Counted from the first letter of the stretch, positions 36,101-45,528 are shown. The stretch is 64,000 nucleotides of DNA from Bacteroidota bacterium (GCA_039821145.1 JBCBOS010000023.1:64609-128608), one strand, 5' to 3'. A program made the numbers and translations. The notes: generated by a model from the letters alone, not told the origin.

Positions 36101-38415
36101 GCACGGAAGAGGCCCCCACCCACAACTACCAAGATGGCAATTACACCGTCATGCTGATTTCCTACAACTTCTGTGAAACAGATACAAGTCGACAAAACAT
36201 CACCATTGTCACGCCGCCCCTGGCCGACTTTGGCGCCGAGGCAGCCAGCGGTTGCGCGCCTCTGCAAGTGCAGTTTGAAGATCGTTCGTCCGACAATGCC
36301 ACCAGCTGGAATTGGACATTTGAGGAAGGAGACCCCACCAGTTCTACAGAGCAACATCCAGTGGTCACCTACAACAGTCCGGGGAGTTATCGAGTCAGTT
36401 TGGAAGTGAGCAATGATGCAGGAGACAGTCAGGTGAGTTACAACAATTGGGTTGTGGTAAACGATGAGCCCATCTCCGGTTTTGCTTGGCAACTCAGTGG
36501 CAAGACCATTCGCCTCACCGCAACAGCTACGCGGGCCGATAGCTTACGCTGGGATTTCGGCGATGGCAGTGAAAGCAGTGAACTCAACCCGGTACATACC
36601 TATGCCGACAATGATACCTACACCGTTAAGCTAGAGGTATTCAACGAGTGTGGAATGGGCAGCAGAATGGAAGACATCCGAGTCAATGACGAGGCAGTGG
36701 CTGGCTTTGAAGCGACGCAAACCTCCGGCTGCATTCCATTTGATGTGCAATTCAGCGACCGCTCGTCCGATAATACCCTGCGTTGGGAATGGCAATTTCC
36801 CGGCGGAACCCCCAGCAGTTCTATCGAACAAAATCCGTCTGTCACCTACGAAGAAGTTGGACTCTATGATGTATCGCTCAAAGTGTGGACCGCGACAGAC
36901 AGCAATCTCTTCGAACAAGTGCATCTCATCAGGACAGAAGATGCGCCCTCGGCAGCCTTCGAGGTAGACATCAGCGTGCTCAACGTTCGCTTCAATAATC
37001 TCAGCCAAGGTGCCAACCGCTACTTTTGGGATTTTGGCGATGGCAATACCAGCACAGAAATACAACCCGAACACAGCTATGCCAACGAGGCAGACTACGA
37101 AGTCTTTCTGACAGCCTACAACGATTGTGACAGCAGCAGCTACCAAACAAGCATCAGTCTAACGGGCATTCCACAGGCGGCCTTCTCCGCTGATTTGCGA
37201 GAGGGATGTCATCCCTTGGAAGTGCGTTTCACAGATGAAAGCAGTGACAATACAACAGGATGGAATTGGAATTTCCCAGGGGGGACGCCTGCCAACTCCC
37301 AAGAGCAAAACCCAGTGGTCGTCTACGACAATCCCGGTGTGTACAGTGTTTCTTTGGAAGTCAGCAATGGCTCGGGGAGCAACCGCAATGAGCAATTGGA
37401 TCTGATCCGCGTCATTGGCCAGCCCGAGGCAGCTTTCGATGCGCAATTCTTGGGAGATTCTACTGTAGCCTTCAGCAATCAATCGACGGATGCAGACCGT
37501 TTCATCTGGTATTTTGCCGACGGCAACAGCAGTGAGTTGGTCAATCCCACCCACCAATTTCCCCGCGGTGGAGACTTTTTTGTCCAATTGATCGCCTTCA
37601 ACCAATGTGGCAGCGACACCATCACGCAGCCCGTAAGCATCCCAATCCAAACAGTTCTGACTGCCGCCGTCGCAGCCGACCGCCAAGCTGGCTGTGCTCC
37701 TTTGGAGGTTTCCTTCCGCGACCAATCCACTGGCCAGCCCGAGCGCTGGGAATGGCAATTTCCCGGAGGCCAGCCCGCCAGCAGCTCCGAGGCCAATCCA
37801 CTCGTCACCTACAATGAGTCCGGTCAATACGATCTGAAAATGATTGTCTACAAGGGCAGTGAAGCAGACACCTTGGAGTTGAGCAATTACATCCAAGTCA
37901 ACGAAATCCCGGAAGCAAATTTTGCATTTACGCTGACAGCACGCAGCATTGAGTTGACCAACAACAGCTTGCGAGCCAATGACTACGCTTGGTCCTTCGG
38001 AGATGGGAACACCAGCAATTTGGCTGCGCCCACCCACACCTACGCCAGCAATGGCGTGTACCAACTACAGCTCATCGTCAGCAATGAATGTGGCAAAGAC
38101 ACCCTTGAACAAGAGGTGAACATTCAGCTTTCCTCTCTTTCTCAAGTTGCCAAGGAGGACATGGTTCTTCGACTGTTTCCCAATCCAAATGACGGGCAAT
38201 TCACCATTTGGCTGGAGGAAGTAGCAGCTTCGGAAGTCGAATTGGTGCTCTACAACAGTTTGGGCAAGCAACTGCAGCAGCAAGCGGTCCAATTGCTGTC
38301 GGGAAAGGCCGTCGTAGAATGGGATGCATCCGCTCTCAGCCCTGGCCTGTATTGGCTGGAAATCAAGCAGGGCAAGCAATCGCTGGCCAGCCGACGGGTC
38401 ATCATTCAGCCATAA
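33115..38415 (+). CDS. Very large secreted multi-PKD-domain protein with a clan GH-A-like glycoside hydrolase catalytic domain and a T9SS C-terminal sorting domain
   Basis: Signal peptide 'MKKTIHILSFLTLHMLLLPLALSA'. At least 14 PKD-like modules in an alternating A/B pattern ('GCAPLEVQF..WxWxFxGGTP' and 'WDFGDG...THxY...NxCG'). The catalytic region carries 'KFWEIWNEP' (NEP acid/base motif of clan GH-A). C-terminal 'LRLFPNPNDGQFTIW...GLYWLEIKQGKQ' is a T9SS CTD. Confidence 0.8.
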   Translation: MKKTIHILSFLTLHMLLLPLALSATEGENDICQAPPVADFVAFGTSGCGPLEIKFFDQSQGDVTSWNWSFPGADTTSSDQVNPIVVYDAVGTYPVSLEVSNADGSDQITKDGYVTITGRQVVIDFSFENTDRTITFQNNSQWSDDFSWDFGDGNFSTERAPIHTYDNDGTYIVRLKGTNECDGQEESEIVILGCCGSPVNYTANDRVTPYKGSFRPGTNLGYNPPWSDEELADIAAGNESLGVKGAGCKTIRPALNESFLEEWGYDIRFETYQHYGSLGLKDLTAIVGFPSPEHQDPTYFCSEHQSELFANMYTPIWDNGENGTPINDTNYLALYLFKTLHLYKDNVKFWEIWNEPGFDYTFTTGWLGPGQDGNWWENDPTPCDYKLRAPIYHYIRTLRISYEIIKTIDPDAYVTLASVGYTSFLDAVLRNTDNPTDGSVNADYPLGGGAYFDAIAIHSYPHLDGTMREWDQSTQSFVYDRHSDRAVQGIPLTKDTFQVVLDQYGYDGVTYPEKEWIITEINVPRKAFADYIGSDTVQINYIIKAYVESVINDIRQIHVYDMAESFEFEDAVNEFQLMGLYKRLFGVWPYNERINHLGVAYKTASDMLFNSDYDPIRSAGMELPAGVRGEAFLDHNGHYTYVLWAATTQDMSEESSATYSFPSSWNLSNLQLTHWNHSYFPQIDQQVPNNIALTATPIFLKDTSQVFLTTPLADFAIDTAVGCLPLTVQFQNAATTNTTQWEWTFEGGTPSTSNLPSPTVSYEQAGTFDVVLRVSNAAGSHEIRKSQLVSVNDALPVADFGISIFENVVTCSNNSSNATDYKWDMGTGEIRYESNPTINYPIPGLFTITLVAFNGCGSDTSSQTFIIDPDALTPIPDFRADKLLGCAPMEVQFTDLSTENTTDWWWFFEGGTPQISTEQHPVVTFEEPGTYFVRLIATNAGGLSAEAFKGEYITVDAAVPPIAGFETFISGGTVSFSNLSTDASSYLWDFGDGTRSTEEAPTHNYQDGNYTVMLISYNFCETDTSRQNITIVTPPLADFGAEAASGCAPLQVQFEDRSSDNATSWNWTFEEGDPTSSTEQHPVVTYNSPGSYRVSLEVSNDAGDSQVSYNNWVVVNDEPISGFAWQLSGKTIRLTATATRADSLRWDFGDGSESSELNPVHTYADNDTYTVKLEVFNECGMGSRMEDIRVNDEAVAGFEATQTSGCIPFDVQFSDRSSDNTLRWEWQFPGGTPSSSIEQNPSVTYEEVGLYDVSLKVWTATDSNLFEQVHLIRTEDAPSAAFEVDISVLNVRFNNLSQGANRYFWDFGDGNTSTEIQPEHSYANEADYEVFLTAYNDCDSSSYQTSISLTGIPQAAFSADLREGCHPLEVRFTDESSDNTTGWNWNFPGGTPANSQEQNPVVVYDNPGVYSVSLEVSNGSGSNRNEQLDLIRVIGQPEAAFDAQFLGDSTVAFSNQSTDADRFIWYFADGNSSELVNPTHQFPRGGDFFVQLIAFNQCGSDTITQPVSIPIQTVLTAAVAADRQAGCAPLEVSFRDQSTGQPERWEWQFPGGQPASSSEANPLVTYNESGQYDLKMIVYKGSEADTLELSNYIQVNEIPEANFAFTLTARSIELTNNSLRANDYAWSFGDGNTSNLAAPTHTYASNGVYQLQLIVSNECGKDTLEQEVNIQLSSLSQVAKEDMVLRLFPNPNDGQFTIWLEEVAASEVELVLYNSLGKQLQQQAVQLLSGKAVVEWDASALSPGLYWLEIKQGKQSLASRRVIIQP
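35250..38110 (+). repeat. Approximately 510-bp di-domain (PKD-A + PKD-B) unit tandemly amplified ~6 times within the 33115..38415 CDS
   Basis: The protein repeats 'ADF...GCAPLEVQF.D.S.DNTT.W.W.F.GGTP.SS.EQNP.VTY...G.Y.V.LEVSN' and '.FSN.S..A..Y.WDFGDGN.S....P.H.Y...G.Y.V.L...N.CG.DT' alternate six times in this span. Confidence 0.8.
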
Positions 38416-38433
38416 AAGCTTGGAATCGACGGA

Positions 38434-38955
38434 TTACTTGCGAGGACGTTTGTAGATGGGAACAATGGAACAGGGTTCTCCATACATGATGCTTCTGGCG
38501 AGGGGCCGCAGCTTGCGGGTCAGCTCTACATAGGCGAAAGCCGGCACTTCTTTGTCTCCACAACCTTTGACCACAATCCGCTCGCCTTCATACTGAGCGA
38601 CATCCATGTCGTCGAGTGCCCGTTGGAAGGAATGGCGGTAAAAATCTGCCTCCGTTCCCTGGTAGACAAGCTGGGCGTAAGGCGTTGCATAGGCCGTGAC
38701 CAACATGTAGGCCCAAAGCGGTAGAATGGCATTGTTGGAACAATAGACCAAGAGTACCTTGCCCTCGTACTGGGTCCAATCGTGCTCCTTGAGGGCAGCC
38801 CGAAAGTCCTTTTCCTTGAGAATCAATTCCTTGAATAGATGGTCTTTCAGATCGAAGTGCGCCAGGGGCTGAGTTGGAAAAAACTCTTCCAATTTGATGG
38901 TGATCAATCCGCTGGCGGCTACCCGGTTGACCAGGGGTTTGTCTTCTCTGCTCAT
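38434..38955 (-). CDS. DUF2480-like Bacteroidota-specific hypothetical protein
   Basis: 'NRVAASGLITIKLEEFFP...LKEKDFRAALKEHDWTQYEGKVLLVYCSNNAILPLWAYMLV...IVVKGCGDKEVPAFAYVELTRKLRPLARSIMYGEPCSIVPIYKRPRK' matches my recollection of the conserved ~170-aa DUF2480 family. Confidence 0.5.
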   Translation of the reverse strand: MSREDKPLVNRVAASGLITIKLEEFFPTQPLAHFDLKDHLFKELILKEKDFRAALKEHDWTQYEGKVLLVYCSNNAILPLWAYMLVTAYATPYAQLVYQGTEADFYRHSFQRALDDMDVAQYEGERIVVKGCGDKEVPAFAYVELTRKLRPLARSIMYGEPCSIVPIYKRPRK

Positions 38956-38984
38956 GTCGGGATGTTGAAATGATGTGTTAATGA

Positions 38985-39776
38985 TTATTCTTCTTCCTGG
39001 CGGGCCTCTGAACTGGGTGCATCCGTTGCCTCCAGTTCGCCGGTCTCTGCGACAGGGGGTGCCTCTGCCTCAGCAGTGTGTTCCACCTCGGCTTCCAGTG
39101 GGCGCTCCTCCGCTTCCATTGATTGCTCCTCTGCCACTGTCACTGCCTGGTCTTCTCCCTCCTGACTCTCTCCTTCCACTTTGTTGGCGGCCTCTTCCGC
39201 GTCGACCGATTCTTCGATGGGTGCCGCTTCTCCGACTGTATTTTCCGGCATCTTGAAGTCTTTGGTCTTGGGCAGGTCCTCCAGGGATTTTAGGCCGAAG
39301 TAGTCCATGAAGCGTTCGCTGGTTGCATAGAGCAATGGACGTCCAGGACCTTCGCTTCGCCCTGTAATAGTAACCAATTCCTTCTCCAAAAGTTTTTGCA
39401 CGGCATAATCGCAATTGACGCCGCGAATCTTTTCAATCTCGGTCTTGGTGACGGGTTGTTTGTAGGCCAGGATGGAAAGGGTTTCGAGGGCGGCCCTGGA
39501 CAGGCGCTTTTTGGTGGTCAGCCGCAGGTAGGTCCCGATGGTGTGGTGATAGGCTCCTTTTGTCAGAAATTGAAATCCCTTGGCGATTTCCACCAATTCG
39601 AGGGCTGTATCAAGCTGTTGATAGCGTGCCGTCAGCTGTTCGAGGGCCTCTTGGATGTGGACCATTCGGACCTGTGATTCGAATACTTCTTCGAGACAAT
39701 CTCTGATCTCTTCGGCTGTGATGGGTTGTTCGCAGGTGAAGATCAGACTTTCGATGTGTTGCGCCAAATGTTCCAC
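38985..39776 (-). CDS. scpB: Segregation and condensation protein B (ScpB) with an acidic C-terminal tail
   Basis: 'ESLIFTCEQPITAEEI' and the two winged-helix regions 'ALETLSILAYKQPVTKTEIEKIRGVNCDYAVQKLLEKELVTITGRSEGPGRPLLYATS'; the C-terminal ~70 residues are E/A-rich. Confidence 0.8.
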   Translation of the reverse strand: MEHLAQHIESLIFTCEQPITAEEIRDCLEEVFESQVRMVHIQEALEQLTARYQQLDTALELVEIAKGFQFLTKGAYHHTIGTYLRLTTKKRLSRAALETLSILAYKQPVTKTEIEKIRGVNCDYAVQKLLEKELVTITGRSEGPGRPLLYATSERFMDYFGLKSLEDLPKTKDFKMPENTVGEAAPIEESVDAEEAANKVEGESQEGEDQAVTVAEEQSMEAEERPLEAEVEHTAEAEAPPVAETGELEATDAPSSEARQEEE

Positions 39777-39835
39777 AAAAACAGGATTGGTGAATAATGG
39801 AGGCGCAAAGGTAAGGAAAATTTTAGCTTAGGAGT

Positions 39836-40732
39836 TTACTGTAAAAAGCCACATTTTTCCTTTGCCTTGGACTGAAATGGGATGTCTCTGATCAATCGGT
39901 GGAAGGAATCGGTATTGTGCTTGGGGTTTTCCTGCGGAGAGGTTTCCTGAAAGTAAAAATCGGCATAGCCACCAATGCCTTTCAGCTCGTAGGCAACATC
40001 GGCCAGACATCGGACATAGCTGGTGTCCATGTGGGCCCATTTGTCGAGGTACTTGCCAACTGCCCGGTCTTTGTACACCTTCAATTGTTGGCCTGTGGGG
40101 CGCTCGTAATCTATGATGTGCTGTTTGGGATTGTTGGGAATGTAGCGAACGATGAATTCGTCACCTGCCTCCAAAGGCATGCCCGTTTCCAGGATGATTT
40201 CCTTGGCGTCCTGCTTGCCCTCTTTTACGGTGAAAGCCTTGCCATCGACAATGAAGAAGTAGGAAAGCGTTTTGGAATCTTCCTCATCGCCCACCAACAT
40301 GATCTGAGCATTGGTCTCCTTGCCCACTGCATCGAGCTTGTCGGCCAGGGCCACTTTGGATTGGACAGAATTGTAGTAGGTAAAGGCATAGGTAACGGTC
40401 GCTACCACCAATATGAGCCCTGCCAGGAGTGCCAGGCTTTGTCGAAAGTGTTTTTTCTCAATTTTTCGCCTCTGCCGATTGAGAGGAGTATCCGCTTCGG
40501 TATCGATTTCGAAGCCGTAGTAAAACTGATCGCCTTTTCGTTCGACAACGATGTCGACCAATTGTTCGTCGATGAAGAGAGAATAGGTCTTGGTCTCAAG
40601 TACCTCAAAGTCGATGAGGATGATGGCAGAGTTGCAGTAGACCAGCAAGTGTCCAGACTCTGCGCCATGCATCAGTCCTACATTGTAGCGCTTGCCATTC
40701 GTGCCCAGGTATATCCAATTAAATCGGTTCAA
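39836..40732 (-). CDS. Hypothetical single-pass membrane protein
   Basis: 298 aa; a central TM helix 'LALLAGLILVVATVTYAF'; no recognisable domain. Confidence 0.45.
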   Translation of the reverse strand: MNRFNWIYLGTNGKRYNVGLMHGAESGHLLVYCNSAIILIDFEVLETKTYSLFIDEQLVDIVVERKGDQFYYGFEIDTEADTPLNRQRRKIEKKHFRQSLALLAGLILVVATVTYAFTYYNSVQSKVALADKLDAVGKETNAQIMLVGDEEDSKTLSYFFIVDGKAFTVKEGKQDAKEIILETGMPLEAGDEFIVRYIPNNPKQHIIDYERPTGQQLKVYKDRAVGKYLDKWAHMDTSYVRCLADVAYELKGIGGYADFYFQETSPQENPKHNTDSFHRLIRDIPFQSKAKEKCGFLQ

Positions 40733-41045
40733 TGGTGCTTTATTTATAGACGGCTTACAATCGTTGGGTGACTCTGTTTATCTCATAACAATTTTCTTTT
40801 ATAAAAGATACGCTGTATACAGGGGATAACATCTCCAAAAAATGTTAAAGTTTACATTTCGGCTCTTGCAGTCCGCATTCTTGCACATTGGCTGACTTTT
40901 CACATCTGTAATCTCTTGTTTCACAGCCCCTTCGATGGCCTTGATGCTGGTGGTTCCTCCATTTTTCTGTTATCTTGTCCTTCTTACAAGATTGCTTGTG
41001 CAAAAATTGTGCATAAATTTCAGCGGCAAACCTAAAATTCACCAC

Positions 41046-41381
41046 ATGGACGACTCAGCCAGAGAACAACTCAAGGCCAAAATCATTGCCACCATTGAGG
41101 AAATGGGGATGAAGATCAAACAGTTGGAAGAAAATACCAAGCCCATCGGGCCAGAGAATGCGATTGGAAGGGTCAGTAGAATGGATGCCATCAACAACAA
41201 AAGTGTAGCAGAAGCTGCCTTGCGTTCCTCCAAGCGGAAGCTCAGCAAATTGCAAACGGCTTTGACAAAAATTGATCGTCCAGAATTTGGCATTTGTACC
41301 CGCTGCAAAAGACCCATCGCCACGGCTCGACTCATGTACATGCCCGAAAGTAACAGGTGCATTCGCTGTGCAGATCGCTGA
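41046..41381 (+). CDS. DksA/TraR family C4-type zinc-finger protein
   Basis: N-terminal coiled coil and a C-terminal 'CTRCKRPIATARLMYMPESNRCIRC' (CxxC-17-CxxC); 111 aa from the internal ATG. Confidence 0.75.
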   Translation: MDDSAREQLKAKIIATIEEMGMKIKQLEENTKPIGPENAIGRVSRMDAINNKSVAEAALRSSKRKLSKLQTALTKIDRPEFGICTRCKRPIATARLMYMPESNRCIRCADR

Positions 41382-42036
41382 TGTGGGCTGGTTGCCCATC
41401 TCGTATATCAAACAGGGGTAAAATAAAAACAGGGTACATACATGACGAATCACGCAGCACCCTGTATAACCCCAAAAAACCAAATGAAAACAATCTACAT
41501 ATCTTAGAATTCCTTTCGGAACTTTATTGCTGAGAAGGCTATTCTTTAACAGCCAAAGAATTTAAAAGTTGCACTCCCTCTTGACTTCTTTTCTCGCTTT
41601 GCTGTGCATCATTGTTAAATTCGACCTTATGACGGGGCTTCATTTACCCGGTCACATTTCCGAAAAAAAATTCTTTTTTACCGTACTCTCGGGCGGATTG
41701 TGGTGCTGTTCTTTTTGTTAAGATTTCCCAAACAAAAAGCAATTCCGCTGTAGATTGTTCCCCAAAAATAATTTGGAATTTTGAATAATGAAACCCCCAG
41801 CACTTTCAAAGGCAGGAAGGAGAAAAAACAATCTGTAAATAAAACGTCATTTTGCAGAATAAAACTGTCATCACCGCAATCGTACCACTTCTCTCCAAAT
41901 TTTATTTCCTTTAACCAAAAACCCATCAAATGTTAAGAAAATGTTAAAACTATTTTTTTTCTGTGACACCCCCTGTGACCTGTCAATATTGGCGGTTGTA
42001 ACCGGATTTCTTCTCATCAAAAAACGACAATAGACC

Positions 42037-43416
42037 TTGGCCAAAGTAAAAAAGATATTTGCCTGTACCAATTGCGGTGCCACTTCTCCCAAATGGGTGG
42101 GAAAATGTCCTGCCTGCGGAGAATGGAATACCTACGTGGAAGAAGTCATCACCAAAGAAACCCAACAGGAGGCAAAACGCAACGCATGGGCTGACAAAAG
42201 CTCCAACAAAAAGACCGTCACGCCCATTGCATTGCCAGACATCAAAGCGGGACAAACCCAGCGACTGGCCACACCCGACGGCGAGCTGAACCGCGTCCTC
42301 GGTGGCGGCATCGTAGCGGGCTCCCTCGTACTGATCGGTGGGCAGCCAGGCATTGGGAAGTCCACTCTCCTCCTGCAGGTCGCGCTGCAACTGAATGCCA
42401 AGGTGCTGTATGTGTCTGGAGAAGAAAGCGAGGAACAAATCAAGATGCGGGCCGACCGCATCGGGGAGGCCGTCTCGGACTGCTACATTCTCACAGAGAC
42501 CAATACCACCAAGATTTTGACCAATGCCCAATCCCTGCGCCCCGATCTATTGGTCATCGACTCCATACAAACCCTGGCCTCTCCCCACATCGACTCTACC
42601 CCCGGCAGTGTCTCCCAGGTGCGCGACTGCGCCGGAGAGCTCCAACGATTTGCCAAAGAAAGCAATGTCCCCGTTTTCATCATCGGCCACATCAACAAGG
42701 AGGGGTCCATTGCAGGTCCCAAACTTCTGGAGCACATTGTAGATGCAGTCCTGCAATTTGAGGGAGACAGAAATTACACCTATCGCATCCTGCGCACCAT
42801 CAAAAACCGCTTTGGGTCCACGGATGAAATGGGCATTTACGAAATGCAGGCCAATGGGCTACGCGAAGTCTCCAATCCCTCCGAGCTCTTGCTGTCACAA
42901 AATGAGGAAGACCTCAGTGGCAGTTCCATCGCCGCCACCATGGAAGGCATGCGTCCCATGCTCATCGAAACCCAAGCCCTGGTGAGCACTGCCGTCTATG
43001 GTACCCCACAACGCTCCGCGACCGGATTTGACCTCCGACGCCTCAGCATGCTGCTGGCTGTACTCGAAAAACGCTGCGGCTTTCAGTATGGCCAGCAAGA
43101 CGTCTTTCTCAACATCGCAGGTGGCATCCGCGTAGATGATCCAGCCATTGACCTGGCCATCGTGAGCGCGCTCATCTCTTCTTTGCAAGATGTCTCCATC
43201 CCCAACGATGTGTGCTTTGCAGGTGAGGTCGGTCTATCGGGAGAGATCCGGGCGGTTAATCGCATTGAGCAGCGCATCCAGGAAGCCGACCGCTTGGGCT
43301 TTCAAGAAATGTATCTTTCCAAGTACAACACCAAGGGATTGGATGCCGATCGCTACAACATTCGCTTGAAGACCATCGGAAAATTGGAAGAATTGTACCA
43401 CGAACTCTTTGTTTGA
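42037..43416 (+). CDS. radA: DNA repair protein RadA (Sms)
   Basis: N-terminal zinc finger 'CTNCGATSPKWVGKCPACGEW'; Walker A 'GGQPGIGKSTLLLQ'; KNRFG motif 'IKNRFG'; C-terminal Lon-like domain; 459 aa. Confidence 0.9.
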   Translation: MAKVKKIFACTNCGATSPKWVGKCPACGEWNTYVEEVITKETQQEAKRNAWADKSSNKKTVTPIALPDIKAGQTQRLATPDGELNRVLGGGIVAGSLVLIGGQPGIGKSTLLLQVALQLNAKVLYVSGEESEEQIKMRADRIGEAVSDCYILTETNTTKILTNAQSLRPDLLVIDSIQTLASPHIDSTPGSVSQVRDCAGELQRFAKESNVPVFIIGHINKEGSIAGPKLLEHIVDAVLQFEGDRNYTYRILRTIKNRFGSTDEMGIYEMQANGLREVSNPSELLLSQNEEDLSGSSIAATMEGMRPMLIETQALVSTAVYGTPQRSATGFDLRRLSMLLAVLEKRCGFQYGQQDVFLNIAGGIRVDDPAIDLAIVSALISSLQDVSIPNDVCFAGEVGLSGEIRAVNRIEQRIQEADRLGFQEMYLSKYNTKGLDADRYNIRLKTIGKLEELYHELFV

Positions 43417-43447
43417 CAACTCCTGGCACCCTTTAGGCGTTTAAACA

Positions 43448-43873
43448 GTGATGGAAAAGACAACTCACATACCGAGCAATCATCCCATCGTCTTATTTGA
43501 TGGGGTATGCAATTTGTGCAATTCTTCTGTGCAATTTCTCATCGAACGCGACCCAGAGCGGCACTTTCGATTTGCCTCCCTCCAATCAGAAGTGGGACAA
43601 AGCTTGCTGAAGCAACACGGACTGCCTGCCGAGCACCTATCCAGCGTGGTGCTGATCGAAGACGGCCACGCCTACACCCATTCCGATGCGCCACTGCGCG
43701 CCACCCGACACATGAGTGGTCTGTGGCCAGCCATGGGCGTCTTCCGCATCCTGCCTCGCTTCCTGCGCGACGCTGTCTACAACTGGATCGCCCGCAATCG
43801 CTACCGCTGGTTTGGCAAGCAAGAAAGCTGCTGGCTCCCCCGCCCAGAACTCAAACAATTGTTTCTCGACTAG
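43448..43873 (+). CDS. DCC1-like thiol-disulfide oxidoreductase family protein (DUF393)
   Basis: 'IVLFDGVCNLCNSSVQFLIERD...FRFASLQSEVG' carries the CxxC motif and family signature; 141 aa. Confidence 0.7.
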   Translation: MMEKTTHIPSNHPIVLFDGVCNLCNSSVQFLIERDPERHFRFASLQSEVGQSLLKQHGLPAEHLSSVVLIEDGHAYTHSDAPLRATRHMSGLWPAMGVFRILPRFLRDAVYNWIARNRYRWFGKQESCWLPRPELKQLFLD

Positions 43874-43958
43874 TAGACTTTGTGCATTCGATAGAATCAT
43901 TGTATTTTCGCAACTCTTTTGTGAAATAATGTGTATACAGTTGTAAAAATTCATCAAA

Positions 43959-45419
43959 ATGTCACAAGTTAGTAGCGAACAGTCGGCCATCAAGCGCAGC
44001 GAAATTGCTGCCCTGCTCGCCGAGGCTCCCCTCAACGAAGAGGTATTGGTCAAAGGATGGGTAAAGGCCTTTCGATCCAATCGTTTCATCGCCCTCAACG
44101 ATGGAACTTCCATGAAGAACCTACAATGTGTCATCGACTACGAAAATTTTGATGAAGAGATCAGCCGTCAGATCAGCTTTCACGCCTGTGTGGCCATCAG
44201 AGGAAAGGTGGTCGAGTCGCAAGGCGCTGGGCAGGCCATAGAGGTTTTGGTAGAGGAAATCGACATTCTCGGTGCCTCCGATCCGGAAAAATACCCCATC
44301 CAGCCCAAGAAAATGACGATGGAATTTCTCCGTGAAAAGGCTCACTTCCGGATGCGGACCAACACCTTCAGCGCCGTCTTCCGGATTCGCCATGCCGTCG
44401 CCTACGCCATTCACAAGTTTTACAACGACCGGGGCTATTACTACCTCCACTCCCCCATCGTGACAGGCAGCGATGCCGAAGGAGCGGGCGAGATGTTTCG
44501 CGTGACCACCCTGCCAGCTGAAGGAGCGCCCAAAACGGAAGATGGACAAATCGACTGGAAGCAGGATTTCTTTGGCAAGCCAACCAACCTCACCGTCTCC
44601 GGCCAATTGCAAGCCGAAATCGGTGCCCTGGCCTTGGGCAAGGTGTACACATTCGGACCGACGTTCCGGGCCGAAAACTCCAACACCTCCCGCCACCTGG
44701 CCGAGTTTTGGATGATCGAACCAGAAGTCGCCTTCAACGACATCCACGACAACATGGACCTGGCCGAGGATTTTGTCAAATACCTGATCCAATACGTGCT
44801 CGACAACTATCCAGACGACCTGGCTCTTCTGGACAAGCGCATTCAGGACGAGGAGAAAAACCTCCCCAAGGACAAGCGTCGCCCCATGGGCCTGTTGGAA
44901 ATGCTTCGCTTTGTGGCCGACAACGACTTCGAGCGCATCACCTATACTGAGGCAGTCCGCCTCCTCCAACGCTCCAAGCCCTACAAGAAAGGACGCTTCG
45001 AATTCCCAGTGGAATGGGGCAAAGACTTGGCCGCAGAACACGAGCGCTATTTGGTAGAGAAGCATTTCAAAAAGCCCGTCATCGTTCGCGACTATCCAAA
45101 GGACTTCAAGGCCTTTTACATGCGCCTCAATGACGACGACAAGACAGTGGCCGCCATGGACGTGCTGTTCCCCTTCATTGGAGAAGTCATCGGTGGCTCT
45201 CAACGGGAGGAGCGCTATGATGTCTTGGTTCAGCGCCTCAAGGAGTTCCACATCCCAGAAGAAGAATTGAGCTGGTATCTGGAGTTGCGCCAATTTGGAG
45301 GCTGTCCGCACGCTGGCTTTGGATTGGGCTTTGAGCGAATCGTCCAATTCATCACGGGCATGGGCAACATCCGCGATGTCATTCCATTCCCAAGGACACC
45401 GGGCAACGCAGAATTCTAG
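43959..45419 (+). CDS. asnS: Asparagine--tRNA ligase
   Basis: Class II aaRS motifs 'FRAENSNTSRHLAEFWMIEPE' and 'GGCPHAGFGLGFERIVQFITGMGNIRDVIPFPR'; 486 aa. Confidence 0.9.
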   Translation: MSQVSSEQSAIKRSEIAALLAEAPLNEEVLVKGWVKAFRSNRFIALNDGTSMKNLQCVIDYENFDEEISRQISFHACVAIRGKVVESQGAGQAIEVLVEEIDILGASDPEKYPIQPKKMTMEFLREKAHFRMRTNTFSAVFRIRHAVAYAIHKFYNDRGYYYLHSPIVTGSDAEGAGEMFRVTTLPAEGAPKTEDGQIDWKQDFFGKPTNLTVSGQLQAEIGALALGKVYTFGPTFRAENSNTSRHLAEFWMIEPEVAFNDIHDNMDLAEDFVKYLIQYVLDNYPDDLALLDKRIQDEEKNLPKDKRRPMGLLEMLRFVADNDFERITYTEAVRLLQRSKPYKKGRFEFPVEWGKDLAAEHERYLVEKHFKKPVIVRDYPKDFKAFYMRLNDDDKTVAAMDVLFPFIGEVIGGSQREERYDVLVQRLKEFHIPEEELSWYLELRQFGGCPHAGFGLGFERIVQFITGMGNIRDVIPFPRTPGNAEF

Positions 45420-45445
45420 AAATACAAATCAAAATTTCCATCGCC

Positions 45446-45489
45446 ATGGCCTCGGAGGAATTGACAGCCCCGAGGCCATCGCTTTTTTT
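45446..45489 (+). terminator. Rho-independent terminator after asnS
   Basis: 'atggcctcgg' - 13-nt loop - 'ccgaggccat' is a 10-bp perfect stem followed by 'cgcttttttt'. Confidence 0.7.
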
Positions 45490-45528
45490 GCTCGTTCTTC
45501 CCGAGCTGGGTTTTGAGATGTTTTTTTA

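Noticed and set aside
34561-36492. 643-aa minus-strand ORF inside the PKD-repeat gene
   Set aside because: A shadow ORF of the repetitive PKD coding region. The sense strand encodes textbook PKD modules and a T9SS CTD; the antisense has no features.
44121-45347. 408-aa minus-strand ORF antisense to asnS
   Set aside because: asnS class II motifs on the + strand are unambiguous; the antisense frame is open by chance.
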